Positions 1 to 9,715 of a stretch of 64,000 bases of DNA are shown here, piece after piece. The translations under genes were made by a program, and so were the position numbers. Under the pieces are notes generated by a model. That model was not told the origin of the DNA and did not search any database. It saw only the letters and a list, made by a program, of their open reading frames with translations. Source of the DNA: Oscillospiraceae bacterium (GTDB taxonomy: Bacteria > Bacillota > Clostridia > Oscillospirales > QAMX01); the NCBI GenBank assembly GCA_015067715.1, contig SVLY01000007.1:1729-65728 (forward strand), given 5' to 3'. The first letter of the stretch is position 1; each line of letters starts with the position of its first letter.

Positions 1-25
1 AACCGTCCGCCGTACACTGCCCCTT

Positions 26-502
26 ATGGATCCGGCCTACGGAACGCTGGGTCCCGTTGCGGGAATTGCGGTTCTGCTTGGAGCGGTCATTCCGTCGGTG
101 ATGCTGGCGGTGCTTGCCCTTATTATCTGCCGGAAAATGGTCCGGCGGCATATCTGCTTTGACAATACCCCCCTCCGCCTCACCGGAGACCGGATCGAGC
201 TCTCTTACCGCTCCGGCGGAGCAACGGTGAAGAGTGAGGTCTTCTTTTCGGATATCGACAGCATCGAGTACTATCCGCGCTGGGGCTGTGTGCGTGTGAA
301 CGCCCCGGTTCGAATTACCAAGCACAAAAACGGTCAGATACTGGGTACGAAATTCGAACGTCTGACAGACCGGGCGTTTCAGGTGTATTTCCTCATATAT
401 ATGGACAACGACCTGTTTTTGCGCTCTGTTTCCGAACGCAGCGGAGTTGCCGTTGAGACTGTTGGAACGGCAAGACCCGACGTTGACGGAGCGAGATATT
501 AG
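26..502 (+). CDS. hypothetical membrane-anchored protein (frame open to window start, possibly 5'-truncated)
   Basis: 158-aa ORF with an N-terminal hydrophobic helix (GIAVLLGAVIPSVMLAVLALIIC) and GC3-rich codons. A hairpin terminator follows. Confidence 0.5.
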   Translation: MDPAYGTLGPVAGIAVLLGAVIPSVMLAVLALIICRKMVRRHICFDNTPLRLTGDRIELSYRSGGATVKSEVFFSDIDSIEYYPRWGCVRVNAPVRITKHKNGQILGTKFERLTDRAFQVYFLIYMDNDLFLRSVSERSGVAVETVGTARPDVDGARY

Positions 503-508
503 TGAAAT

Positions 509-545
509 AACGGCAGTCTATTTTGACTGCCGTTGTGTTTTTGTT
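509..545 (+). terminator. rho-independent terminator
   Basis: AACGGCAGTC-TATTTT-GACTGCCGTT hairpin followed by GTGTTTTTGTT. Confidence 0.8.
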
Positions 546-631
546 GGGAAAACAATGAAAAGTTTGTTTTGAGACAGTGGTGTCAAGCTGTCTGGCTTTA
601 CAAACCTGGGGCGCTCTGTAAAGTCAATGCC

Positions 632-660
632 TTGACAAGAAACGGAAAATAGTGTATAAT
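632..660 (+). promoter_or_regulatory. sigma-A type promoter upstream of the topoisomerase pair
   Basis: TTGACA (632-637), 17-nt spacer, TATAAT (655-660). Confidence 0.6.
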
Positions 661-729
661 AGGCCTTAAAGTGGAAAACTTTGTGATTTAGACATTAAAA
701 AATACGTTTGATACAAGGTGCAATGTACA

Positions 730-2724
730 ATGGCAAAAAAAACTGTGGCATATGGCGATAGCAGTATAGTCAGCCTTAAGGGTGCGGACAGAGTAAGAAA
801 GCGTCCGGGTGTTATCTTCGGCTCCGACGGTATCGGAGGCTGTGAGCACTCGTTTTTTGAGATACTCTCAAACGCCGTTGACGAAGCCCGCCAGGGTTAC
901 GGCAAGGTCATAAACGTCACCCGTTTTTCGGACCGCTCCATCGAGGTGGAGGACTTCGGCCGGGGCTGTCCCGTGGACTGGAACGAAAAAGAGGGGCGGT
1001 ATAACTGGGAGCTCGTCTACTGCGAGCTCTACGCCGGCGGTAAATATCAGAACAGCGAGGACGGAAACTACGAGTTTTCCCTTGGTCTCAACGGCCTTGG
1101 CGCCTGTGCAACACAGTATTCCTCCGAATATATGGACGTTACCTGTTGGTACGGGGGATATAAATACAGCCTCAATTTCAAAAAGGGCGAAAACGTCACC
1201 GACGCTCCCAACGGGCTTATTAAAGAGCCCTATTCCGGGCGGCGCACCGGAACTCTCTACCACTGGCGCCCCGATCTTGAGGTCTTCACGGACATTGCCA
1301 TTCCCGTTGAATATTACGTGGACACCATCAAAAAGCAGGCCGTCGTAAACGCCGGACTGAAATTTGTGTTTAAAGATCAGCAGGCGGACGGAAGCTTTGT
1401 CACCACCGAATTCTTCTACGAAAACGGCATTTCCGACTACGTCGAAGAGCTTGCGGGGCTGGAGGCCATCGTTCCCGTGCGCTTTGCCTCCGGCGAGCGA
1501 AAGGGACGGGACCGGGACGATAAGCCCGAATACAAGGTCCAGATGCAGGCCGCCTTCTCGGTTACGAAAAATTCCCCCTCTATAACCTATTTCCACAACG
1601 CCTCCTGGCTTGAGCACGGCGGCGCACCGGAAAAGGCCACCAGAAGCGCCTTTGTCTCTGCCATAGATTTTTACCTTAAAAAGAACGGAAAATACGGCAA
1701 GAGCCAGACGAAGATCGTTTTCCAGGACGTTGCGGACAGCCTTGTGCTGGTGACGAACTCCTTCTCAACGGTCACCTCCTACGAAAACCAGACCAAAAAG
1801 GCCATAACCAACCGCTTTATCCAGGAGGCCATGACGGACTTTTTAAAGTCCATGCTTGAGGTCTATTTCATTGAGAACCCTGCCGATGCGGAAAAGCTCA
1901 CCGCCCAGATACTGCGCAACAAGCAGATCCGCGAGAGCGCAGAGCAGGCGCGGCAGAACGCCCGCAAAAAGCTCTCCGGCACCATGGACATTTCCAGCCG
2001 TGTTGAAAAATTCGTTGACTGCCGCACGAAGGACACCTCCCGCAGAGAGCTCTACATCGTGGAGGGCGATTCCGCATTGGGAAGCGTCGTTCAGGGGCGT
2101 AACAGCGAATTCCAGGCCGTTATGCCCGTCCGCGGCAAGATCCTCAACTGCATGAAGGCAGAATATTCCCGCATTTTCAAAAGCGAGATCATAACCGACC
2201 TTCTCAAGGTCCTTGGCTGCGGAGTTGAGGTTAAGTCCGGCAGCAAGGAGCTCTCCAGCTTCGACATAAACCAGCTCCGCTGGAACAAAATAATAATCTG
2301 TACCGACGCCGACGTGGACGGCTTCCAGATCCGCGTGCTCATCCTTGCCATGCTCTACCGTCTTGTGCCAACGCTCATCACCGAGGGTTACGTTTACATT
2401 GCGGAAAGCCCCCTTTACGAGATCACCTGCAAGGACAAGACCTATTTTGCCTACGACGAAAAGGAAAAGAGCGATATTATAGCCTCGCTTGGCAACGCAA
2501 AATACCTTATCCAGCGCTCAAAGGGTCTTGGCGAAAACGAGCCCGAAATGATGAGCCTTACCACCATGTCCCCCGCAACACGCCGGCTTATTCTCGTCAC
2601 CCCGGACGATGCCCAGGCCACGGCGGATATGTTCGATCTTCTGCCCGGCGACAACCTTGCGGGAAGAAAAGAGTATATCGCCCAAAACGGCGCCGACTGG
2701 CTTGAGCTGGCCGACGTATTCTAA
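730..2724 (+). CDS. parE: type IIA DNA topoisomerase subunit B (topo IV ParE-like / GyrB family)
   Basis: GHKL ATPase N-terminus, Toprim motif YIVEGDSALGS, PVRGKILN. Directly followed by the A subunit. ATG 730 (AAGGTG SD) is preferred over the in-frame GTG 718 in the ORF track. Confidence 0.8.
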   Translation: MAKKTVAYGDSSIVSLKGADRVRKRPGVIFGSDGIGGCEHSFFEILSNAVDEARQGYGKVINVTRFSDRSIEVEDFGRGCPVDWNEKEGRYNWELVYCELYAGGKYQNSEDGNYEFSLGLNGLGACATQYSSEYMDVTCWYGGYKYSLNFKKGENVTDAPNGLIKEPYSGRRTGTLYHWRPDLEVFTDIAIPVEYYVDTIKKQAVVNAGLKFVFKDQQADGSFVTTEFFYENGISDYVEELAGLEAIVPVRFASGERKGRDRDDKPEYKVQMQAAFSVTKNSPSITYFHNASWLEHGGAPEKATRSAFVSAIDFYLKKNGKYGKSQTKIVFQDVADSLVLVTNSFSTVTSYENQTKKAITNRFIQEAMTDFLKSMLEVYFIENPADAEKLTAQILRNKQIRESAEQARQNARKKLSGTMDISSRVEKFVDCRTKDTSRRELYIVEGDSALGSVVQGRNSEFQAVMPVRGKILNCMKAEYSRIFKSEIITDLLKVLGCGVEVKSGSKELSSFDINQLRWNKIIICTDADVDGFQIRVLILAMLYRLVPTLITEGYVYIAESPLYEITCKDKTYFAYDEKEKSDIIASLGNAKYLIQRSKGLGENEPEMMSLTTMSPATRRLILVTPDDAQATADMFDLLPGDNLAGRKEYIAQNGADWLELADVF

Positions 2725-2742
2725 AGAAAGGGAGGAGCAAAA

Positions 2743-4965
2743 ATGGCAAAAAAGAAAACCCAAAAGCCCGAGATCGAGCTTCCCGCCCGTGAAGCCGAGC
2801 CCATGCTTATAACCCGGGTCATCGAGACCAACTATATGCCCTATACCATGAGCGTTATCGTGTCCCGCGCTCTCCCCGAGATAGACGGCTTCAAGCCCTC
2901 CCACAGAAAGCTTCTCTACACCATGTACAAGCAGGGGCTTCTCAAGGGACTCCGAATGAAGTCATCCGCCGTTGTGGGCGCCACCATGAAGCTGAACCCC
3001 CACGGCGACGGCGCGATCTACGAGACAATGGTGCGTCTCACCCGGGGCAACGGCGCGCTTTTGCACCCCTTTGTGGACTCAAAGGGCAACTTCGGCAAGG
3101 TCGGCTCCCGGGACATGGCCTACGCCGCATCCCGTTACACCGAGGTAAAGCTTGAGGCCATCTGCGCCGAGCTTTTCGACGGTATCGACGAAGAAATGGT
3201 GGACATGGTGGACAATTTCGACGGCACCATGAAGGAGCCCGTGCTCCTGCCCACCGGCTTTCCCAATATTCTGGTCTCTGCCAACATGGGCATCGCCGTC
3301 GGCATGGCCAGCCGTATCTGCGGCTTTAACCTCCGGGAGGTCTGCGAGACCACCATCGGACTGCTCCGCGACCCGGATCACAATATCTACGCCACTCTGA
3401 AAGCTCCGGATTTCCCCACCGGTGGCGAGCTGATCTACGACAGGGATGCTCTTGAGCAGATCTACGAGCAAGGTGTGGGCTCCTTCAAGGTGCGCTCCGT
3501 GTGGCATTACGACAAGGAGTCCAACTGCATCGAGGTCACCGAGATACCCTACACCGCCACGGTGGAGGCCATTATCGACAAGACCGCCGCCCTTGTGAAG
3601 GACGGAACGGTGAAAGAGATATCCGATATGCGAAACGAGACCGACCTTAACGGTCTTAAGATCGCCATCGACCTCAAGCGCGGCGTGGATCCGGAAAAGC
3701 TTATGGCCAAGCTCTCCCGGCTCACCCCCCTTACGGACAGCTTCCCCTGCAATTTCAACGTCATTATCGAGGGCACTCCCAAGGTCATGGGCGTCAGAGA
3801 GATACTCACCGAGTGGATCGCCTGGCGAATGATGTGCGTAGAGCGCCAGGGTCACTTCCGCCTGCGCAAGATGAAGGCAAGACTTCACCTTTTGGAGGGT
3901 CTTTCCAAAATACTTTTGGATATCGACAAGGCCATCGCCATTATCCGGGGCACCGAAGAGGATTCCGAGGTCATCCCCAACCTTATGATCGGCTTTGGCA
4001 TAGACGAGATCCAGGCAGAGTTTATCGCAGAGATCAAGCTCCGCAATATCAACAAGGAATACATTCTCAACCGCCTGTCCGAAACAGACCGCCTGAGAGA
4101 CGATATCGACGATCTTGAGGACACTCTCCGCAACAAGAAAAAGATCAAAAAGATCATTGCCGACCAGCTTGCGGACATCGCCAAAAAATACGGAAAGGAC
4201 CGTCAGACTAAGATCGTCTACGACGCCGTCGAGACCGAGGACGAGCCCGAAGCTCAGGTCGAGGACTACGCCGTTGTGTATTTTCTCACCGCAGAGGGCT
4301 ATTTCAAAAAGATCTCTCCCGCCGCCCTTCAGAGAAGCGGTGAGCACAAGCTCAAGGAGGGAGACAGCATCTTCTGCCGCGTAGACGGAAGCAATGCCGA
4401 CGATCTGCTGTTCTTTACCAACAAGTTCCAGGTCTACAAGGTCGCCTCCGACGATCTTTCCGAAAACAAGGTGGCAATGCTGGGTCTCTACCTGCCCCAG
4501 CACCTTGGCATGGAGTCCGGTGAAAACGTAGTGGCTATGGCCGTTGCCCCCAAGGGCGAGTACAGGGGAAGTCTGCTCTTCGTCTTCCAGGACGGAAAGT
4601 GCGCCAGAGTCAGCCTCTCCAGCTACGAGACCAAGACCAACCGCAAAAAGCTCACCGCCGCCTATTCGGACAAGTCGCCTCTTGCGGCGATGATCCAGCT
4701 TGACGGCGAGGAGGAGATACTCATCCGCACCAGCGCAGACAGAGGTCTGCTTCTGAATACCGCCGCCCTTGCGCCCAAGCCCACCAGAAGCACCGCCGGT
4801 GTCAAGGTGGTTACACTCAAGGCACGCCAGACGGTAACCGGCGCCGTGAGAGCAAGGGAGCTGAACCTCAAAAACCCCGCCCGTTTCCGCACACGCACCC
4901 TGCCCGCCGCAGGTGCACTGGTGCGAAGCGACGATCTGGGCGTTGAACAGACCACTCTGGAATAA
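2743..4965 (+). CDS. parC: type IIA DNA topoisomerase subunit A (topo IV ParC-like / GyrA family)
   Basis: KLNPHGDGAIYETMVRL and the catalytic-Tyr region AASRYTEVKL. At 740 aa it is shorter than typical GyrA. SD is GGGAGGAG. Confidence 0.8.
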   Translation: MAKKKTQKPEIELPAREAEPMLITRVIETNYMPYTMSVIVSRALPEIDGFKPSHRKLLYTMYKQGLLKGLRMKSSAVVGATMKLNPHGDGAIYETMVRLTRGNGALLHPFVDSKGNFGKVGSRDMAYAASRYTEVKLEAICAELFDGIDEEMVDMVDNFDGTMKEPVLLPTGFPNILVSANMGIAVGMASRICGFNLREVCETTIGLLRDPDHNIYATLKAPDFPTGGELIYDRDALEQIYEQGVGSFKVRSVWHYDKESNCIEVTEIPYTATVEAIIDKTAALVKDGTVKEISDMRNETDLNGLKIAIDLKRGVDPEKLMAKLSRLTPLTDSFPCNFNVIIEGTPKVMGVREILTEWIAWRMMCVERQGHFRLRKMKARLHLLEGLSKILLDIDKAIAIIRGTEEDSEVIPNLMIGFGIDEIQAEFIAEIKLRNINKEYILNRLSETDRLRDDIDDLEDTLRNKKKIKKIIADQLADIAKKYGKDRQTKIVYDAVETEDEPEAQVEDYAVVYFLTAEGYFKKISPAALQRSGEHKLKEGDSIFCRVDGSNADDLLFFTNKFQVYKVASDDLSENKVAMLGLYLPQHLGMESGENVVAMAVAPKGEYRGSLLFVFQDGKCARVSLSSYETKTNRKKLTAAYSDKSPLAAMIQLDGEEEILIRTSADRGLLLNTAALAPKPTRSTAGVKVVTLKARQTVTGAVRARELNLKNPARFRTRTLPAAGALVRSDDLGVEQTTLE

Positions 4966-4974
4966 AACCGACTT

Positions 4975-5010
4975 TTCTGCCGCGAAGCAAAAATGGCTTT
5001 CGCGGCAGAA
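4975..5010 (+). terminator. hairpin after parC-like gene (weak terminator, no clear T-run)
   Basis: TTCTGCCGCGAAGC-loop-GCTTTCGCGGCAGAA. Confidence 0.45.
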
Positions 5011-5051
5011 ATTGTGCCCGAAAAAATAAAAAGAAAGGTCGCAAAACAGAA

Positions 5052-6335
5052 ATGATCGATCTTGCCGCACTCTCCGCAGGGCTTGAAAACTGCTCCTGCG
5101 GAAAAGCTCACCGCTTTGATATCAAGGCTGTGGAGATATCCTCCGGCGCAACGGAAAAGCTGGGAAAAATCCTTTCAGACCTGGGGTTTCCAAAAAAGCT
5201 CAGCGTCACCGCAGACGAAAACACCCTTGCCGCCTCTCCGGGGGTTTTGGAAAACCTTGCTCAGTGGGGCTTTGAGATCACCCTTACAAAATTTACCGAC
5301 CTTCGCCTTTCCGACGAGGCCGCCGCAAACCGGGTGGCCGAAGACGTTGAAAAGGCCGGATGCAGAGCCCTGCTCTCCGTTGGTACCGGCTCGCTCAACG
5401 ATATCTGCCGCTGGAACGCCGCAAAGCTCGGCCTGCCCTTTGCAATATTTGCCACAGCCCCGTCCATGGACGGTTTTGCCTCCGGAGTTGCCCCCATCAC
5501 GGTAAACGGCTTTAAGCGCACCTATCCCGCAAAAGCCCCCGAGGCCATAATTGCAGATACGAAGATACTTGCAAAAAGCCCTGCGGAGCTGAAGGCCGCA
5601 GGACTTGGAGACTTGCTTGGAAAATACACCGCCCACGCGGACTGGGTGATAAGCTCGGCCCTCACCGGGGAATACTACTGCGAAAAGGTTGCATCCCTTA
5701 CAATGGGATCCGTCCAACGTGCGGCGGCTTTGGCACGGGGAGGAGATACCTGCTCAGAGGAGTTTTCCGGCGCTCTTATGGAGGCTCTTGTTATCTCCGG
5801 ACTTGCCATGCAGCTTTGCGGAAACTCCCGTCCCGCCTCCGGCGCGGAGCACCATCTGGCCCATTTCTGGGAGATGCAGTACGAGCTTCGGGGTCTTCCT
5901 CCCGTTTTCCACGGGAAAAAGGTTGGTGTTGCCGCAGGCATAGTTGCGGACATCTACCGGGGTATGGCAGAGCTGCCGGAGTATGCCGAGTATCGCCGTC
6001 CCTTTGATGAGGCCGCCGTGTCCGGAGCCTACGGTCCTCTCTGGGCAGAGGCCGTGAAGGAAAACGTCCCCAATCCCCTGGACGAAGTCCCCTGGGGAGC
6101 GATGGAAAAAAACGCCGACGCCCTCAGAGCGGCGCTGAGATCCGTTCCCGCCGGGGAGGAGATACGCGCTCTGCTTCGGGCCTGCGGCGGTGCGGACACC
6201 TGTGAGGCCTGCGGGATCAGTGAAGAGCTGAGGCTTGCGGCTGTGAAATTCGGAAAATACGTTCGCAGAAGGCTTACCGCAATGAAGCTCACCGACCTTC
6301 TGGTCATTGAGGGAGGCGTTGAAAAATGGCTGTGA
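5052..6335 (+). CDS. iron-containing alcohol dehydrogenase family protein, sn-glycerol-1-phosphate dehydrogenase (AraM/EgsA)-like
   Basis: GTGSLNDICRW nucleotide loop and HHLAHFWE metal-site motif. 427 aa. Confidence 0.6.
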   Translation: MIDLAALSAGLENCSCGKAHRFDIKAVEISSGATEKLGKILSDLGFPKKLSVTADENTLAASPGVLENLAQWGFEITLTKFTDLRLSDEAAANRVAEDVEKAGCRALLSVGTGSLNDICRWNAAKLGLPFAIFATAPSMDGFASGVAPITVNGFKRTYPAKAPEAIIADTKILAKSPAELKAAGLGDLLGKYTAHADWVISSALTGEYYCEKVASLTMGSVQRAAALARGGDTCSEEFSGALMEALVISGLAMQLCGNSRPASGAEHHLAHFWEMQYELRGLPPVFHGKKVGVAAGIVADIYRGMAELPEYAEYRRPFDEAAVSGAYGPLWAEAVKENVPNPLDEVPWGAMEKNADALRAALRSVPAGEEIRALLRACGGADTCEACGISEELRLAAVKFGKYVRRRLTAMKLTDLLVIEGGVEKWL

Positions 6336-7129
6336 AAAACATCTCTGAGATAAAAAACTGGCTTTTGGACATGGACGGAACGATCTATCTGGGAGAAGAG
6401 CTGATCCCCGGGGCGCTGGACTTTTTAAATGGCATCAAGCGCAGGGGAGGCAGAGCCATCTTCCTCACCAACAATTCCTCCCGGGCGCCGCGGGACTACG
6501 TTGAAAAGCTCCGCCGCCTTGGGATAGAGGCAGACCAGGAGGATATCTTCACCTCCGGCGATGCCGCGGCAAAGCTTTTGGAGGAGCGCTTCGGTCACGG
6601 CTCTTCCGGCTACGTTCTTGGCACACCCAGCCTTGAAAAGCTCATGGCGGACAGGGGCTTTGGGCTCTGCGCCGAGGGAGAAAAAGCAGATTTTGTGCTT
6701 TTGGGGTTTGACAAGACTCTTACTTATGATAAAATAAGAGTGGCTTGTGACTACATAAACGCCGGGGTGCCCTTTTTCGCTACCCACCCGGATTTTCTCT
6801 GTCCCACGGAGACGGGGTTCATCCCCGACACGGGCTCGATGATCAAAATGTTCGAGGCCGCAACGGGGGTTTCCCCCGAGGTTGCGGGCAAGCCCGAACG
6901 CGCCATGGCCAAGGCGGCATTTTTGCGCTACGGCATCGACCCGGCAGTCACCGCCATGGTGGGGGACAGGCTTATGACGGACATCGCCTTTGGAAACCGG
7001 GCGGACATAACCGCCGTGCTGGTGCTCTCCGGCGAGACGGGGCTTGAACAGTACAATGCCCAGAGCGAGGTTCACGCGGACTTTATTTTCAGCTCTGTGG
7101 GCGAAATGGAAAAGGAACTCTGCAAATAA
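6326..7129 (+). CDS. HAD-IIA family hydrolase (NagD/AraL-like sugar phosphatase)
   Basis: N-terminal LLDMDGTIY (DxDGT) motif and C-terminal MVGDRLMTDI. The start overlaps the upstream stop by 10 nt. Confidence 0.8.
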   Translation: MAVKNISEIKNWLLDMDGTIYLGEELIPGALDFLNGIKRRGGRAIFLTNNSSRAPRDYVEKLRRLGIEADQEDIFTSGDAAAKLLEERFGHGSSGYVLGTPSLEKLMADRGFGLCAEGEKADFVLLGFDKTLTYDKIRVACDYINAGVPFFATHPDFLCPTETGFIPDTGSMIKMFEAATGVSPEVAGKPERAMAKAAFLRYGIDPAVTAMVGDRLMTDIAFGNRADITAVLVLSGETGLEQYNAQSEVHADFIFSSVGEMEKELCK

Positions 7130-7157
7130 AAATATATCTTAACCGGAGGAACGGAGA

Positions 7158-8099
7158 ATGCTGCTTATCGGTGTTGACGGAGGCGGAACTCACAGCCGTC
7201 TTGCCGCCTGTGACGAAAAGGGAAATATAGTTGCCCACGCTGAGTGCGGAGGCATTAATTACAATGCGGTGGGAATGTACGCCGCAAGAGAGGCGCTTGC
7301 CGCCGGCGTGGACAGTATTCTGGACGCCGCCGGGGCAGACTGGTACGACTACCTTGCCGTGGGCATGAGCGCGCTGGACGGGGAAGCCACCGAGAGCGAG
7401 CTTTTGCAGTTCTGCGGCGACAGCTTTGAGTCCAGCCGCACCTATCTCCACTCCGACGCCCACATGACCCTTTTGGGCGCCACCGCCGGGGGAGCGGGTA
7501 TCGTTCTTATCAGCGGTACCGGCGCAATGGGCGCCGCCATCGACGAGGCCGGCAGAGAATACGCCGCCGGCGGCTGGGGATATCTGCTCAACGACGAGGG
7601 CAGTGGCTTTGACATCGGCTCCCGCGCCGTCCGCGCCGCCATACGGGCCTCCGAGGGCGGCGAGCAGACCCTGCTTCTGGATATGGTGACGGAGTGGTTC
7701 GGGGTTGAAAAGCTGAGAGACATTATCCCCGTGATCTATTCCGAAGGGTTCAAGCCCTCTCAGCTGGCGTCTGCGGCCCGTCTTGCGGATATGGCCGCAG
7801 AAAACGGGGACGGCGTTGCCCTTAAGATCCTGGACGAGGCCGCCGAGAGCATGGCGTTCGTGGCAAACTCTCTGCTCAGCCGCACCGGCGACCTGCCGAT
7901 CTACACCTACGGCGGAGTTTTCGAGCACTCTGCCACCTATAACCGCCGCTTTGCCGGGCATATCAGCAGGCTCCGCCCCGGAGTTTCCATTGCAAAGCCG
8001 AAGCTCCGTCCGGAATACGGCGCGCTTATCTCTGCCGCAAGTCTTATGGGTCTGGACACCCTTGAGTTTGAGGCAAATCTTGAAAAGACCGCAAAGTGA
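7158..8099 (+). CDS. BadF/BadG/BcrA/BcrD ATPase family protein (N-acetylglucosamine kinase-like)
   Basis: LIGVDGGGTHSRLA phosphate-1 motif, SGTGAMG, and GWGYLLNDEGSGF. Confidence 0.75.
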   Translation: MLLIGVDGGGTHSRLAACDEKGNIVAHAECGGINYNAVGMYAAREALAAGVDSILDAAGADWYDYLAVGMSALDGEATESELLQFCGDSFESSRTYLHSDAHMTLLGATAGGAGIVLISGTGAMGAAIDEAGREYAAGGWGYLLNDEGSGFDIGSRAVRAAIRASEGGEQTLLLDMVTEWFGVEKLRDIIPVIYSEGFKPSQLASAARLADMAAENGDGVALKILDEAAESMAFVANSLLSRTGDLPIYTYGGVFEHSATYNRRFAGHISRLRPGVSIAKPKLRPEYGALISAASLMGLDTLEFEANLEKTAK

Positions 8100-8134
8100 G
8101 CGGATATTCAGAAAAAAAGAGAGGTTGAGGCAAA

Positions 8135-8728
8135 ATGCAGCTTTGGGAAACCCTGACGGTGTTTCAGCGTGTGTTGCTGATAATGGCTTTGCCCTTTTCG
8201 GTGCTCATGGGCATTCATTTCATGCTCTCCCTTTTCGGACGGTCGAATTTCTTTGAATATTCGGATATCGTCCCCGATGCGGCCGACAACGGACAGAATC
8301 TTGACCGGGGCGTGAGAGCTCCGGGAAGGTTTACGGGACTTCTCCGGGCGGTGAGTGCTTTTTTTGCCGTGGGAAGCTGGACGGCTTTGGCGCTTACAAT
8401 GTACACAAAGTCCCTCTGGGCGGCGCTGGGCGGTATTGCCGCCGGCGGGCTGGCCGTGGGGGTCATGGTGCTTATGATCCGCCTTGCTGAAAAAATCAAG
8501 GTCTACGGAAAGATCTCACCGGAGCTTGCCCTTGGCCACAGCGCCGAGGTCACGATCCACGTTCCGCCCCGCCGCCTTGCGCCGGGTCAGGTCACCCTTG
8601 AGATAAACGGCCGAAGCTACGACGTTGACGCCGTCAGCGACGGAGATGTGTTTATCACCCTGGGCACTAAAGTAAAGATCGTGGGCGTCAGCGGAGAATG
8701 GGTGGTCGTTGAGCCCGAAAAAGAGTAA
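8135..8728 (+). CDS. NfeD family membrane protein
   Basis: Several TM helices, then a C-terminal OB-fold-like tail (GHSAEV...VKIVGVSGEWVVVE). Confidence 0.6.
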   Translation: MQLWETLTVFQRVLLIMALPFSVLMGIHFMLSLFGRSNFFEYSDIVPDAADNGQNLDRGVRAPGRFTGLLRAVSAFFAVGSWTALALTMYTKSLWAALGGIAAGGLAVGVMVLMIRLAEKIKVYGKISPELALGHSAEVTIHVPPRRLAPGQVTLEINGRSYDVDAVSDGDVFITLGTKVKIVGVSGEWVVVEPEKE

Positions 8729-8751
8729 ATCTGTTCATATGGGAAATAATA

Positions 8752-8789
8752 ATCACCGCAGGGAAAATGCTCCCTGCGGTGATATTTTT
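8752..8789 (+). terminator. rho-independent terminator
   Basis: ATCACCGCAGGGA-AAATGC-TCCCTGCGGTGAT followed by ATTTTTC. Confidence 0.8.
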
Positions 8790-8813
8790 CTATTTGGATA
8801 GGAGAAAAGACCT

Positions 8814-9131
8814 ATGAACAAGTTATACTGCGGAGTTTTAAACTGCATCAGCAACTGCGGCGACAGGTGCTGCCGGGGAGAGATCCGTGTGACGGGCGAG
8901 GATGCCCGCACCAAAAGCGACACCTGCTGCCAAAGCTTTTCCCAAAGCAGGGGAGGCTTTCAGAACAGTCTTTACGGAACTGCGGAGGTCGATACGAAAA
9001 TAAGCTGTTCTGCGGAAAGCTGCGCCTATAACCGGAACGGAAACTGCAGCGCAGAGAGCGTTACCATATGCGGAGGAGGCTCTTCGGATTGCCGCTGTAC
9101 CTCCTGCGGAACGTTCAGACGGGAAAAGTAA
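8814..9131 (+). CDS. DUF1540 domain-containing cysteine-rich protein
   Basis: Two Cys-rich repeats (C-x2-C...C-x-A-x-I-x-V pattern: CGVLNCISNCGDRCCRGEIRV and CSAESCAYNRNGNCSAESVTI). Confidence 0.7.
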   Translation: MNKLYCGVLNCISNCGDRCCRGEIRVTGEDARTKSDTCCQSFSQSRGGFQNSLYGTAEVDTKISCSAESCAYNRNGNCSAESVTICGGGSSDCRCTSCGTFRREK

Positions 9132-9140
9132 AACACAAAA

Positions 9141-9174
9141 CAGGGGACGTACCGTGAAAACGGTATATCCCCTG
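9141..9174. terminator. bidirectional hairpin between convergent genes
   Basis: CAGGGGA...TCCCCTG imperfect stem between 8814-9131(+) and 9209-9619(-). Confidence 0.5.
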
Positions 9175-9208
9175 CTTTGCATTTAGGAAGAATGAAATGA
9201 AAAAATTC

Positions 9209-9619
9209 TCAGATGAATTCTTTGACGATCTCGGGAAGGGTATCGACCTCGGCGCTGATGGTGATGACGAAATCAATGCCGGTGCGGTCAGAGAGGTACT
9301 TGAGATGCTCGAAGAAAGCGGCGGAGCGCTCAACATCCTCGTCCTCGGTGATCTTGTAGAGGCTGTCGATGAAGATAGTGGAGATATCGTAATTCTGGGA
9401 GTAAGCTCCGCAGAGGAATCCGTAAAAGCTGGCGAAGCTGGTGATCTTGTAATCGACGGTGTCGATAAGGCGGACCTTATGGCTGATATCGTAGGTGAGC
9501 TTGGGGCTCTTCTCAATGCAGAGAACGCTTCCGTGTTCCTTTTCAGCCGCTTCGTTTACCATAGCGATGAGCTGTTTTGTTTTTCCGAGGCCCTTCAGGC
9601 CGACAATGCACTTTATCAT
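9209..9619 (-). CDS. small P-loop NTPase-like protein, function unknown
   Basis: Walker A GLKGLGKT and Walker-B-like TIFIDSL, with strong GC3 bias on this strand. ATG 9619 is preceded by a GGGGGAG SD. The upstream in-frame ATG 9634 overlaps that SD. Confidence 0.6.
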   Translation of the reverse strand: MIKCIVGLKGLGKTKQLIAMVNEAAEKEHGSVLCIEKSPKLTYDISHKVRLIDTVDYKITSFASFYGFLCGAYSQNYDISTIFIDSLYKITEDEDVERSAAFFEHLKYLSDRTGIDFVITISAEVDTLPEIVKEFI

Positions 9620-9715
9620 GGTGGTCTCCCCCAAACTGAAGTAATTTCCGGGTACGTAAATATTATATCATATTTTCGCCCGGTAGGCAACTGTGTAAAT
9701 TAAAATAATTGTGAA

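Noticed and set aside
3079-5070. Very long antisense ORFs opposite clearly identified genes. These are 3079-5070(-), 10408-11436(+), 16943-18658(-), 20213-21484(+), 26193-29033(+), 33577-35715(+), 35779-37467(+), 37543-38457(+), 38920-39855(+), 40610-41851(+), 41700-42764(+), 46531-47865(+) and 59748-61253(-).
   Set aside because: Their translations are low-complexity G/V/A/L/D-rich strings with no motifs. The opposite strand in every case encodes a recognisable protein with GC3-biased codons. This is the typical shadow-ORF effect in a high-GC genome.
9197-9703. 168-aa plus-strand acidic ORF overlapping 9209-9619(-).
   Set aside because: It is a low-complexity D/E/G/L sequence with no SD. 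The minus strand has Walker A and B motifs, strong GC3 bias and a GGGGGAG SD.
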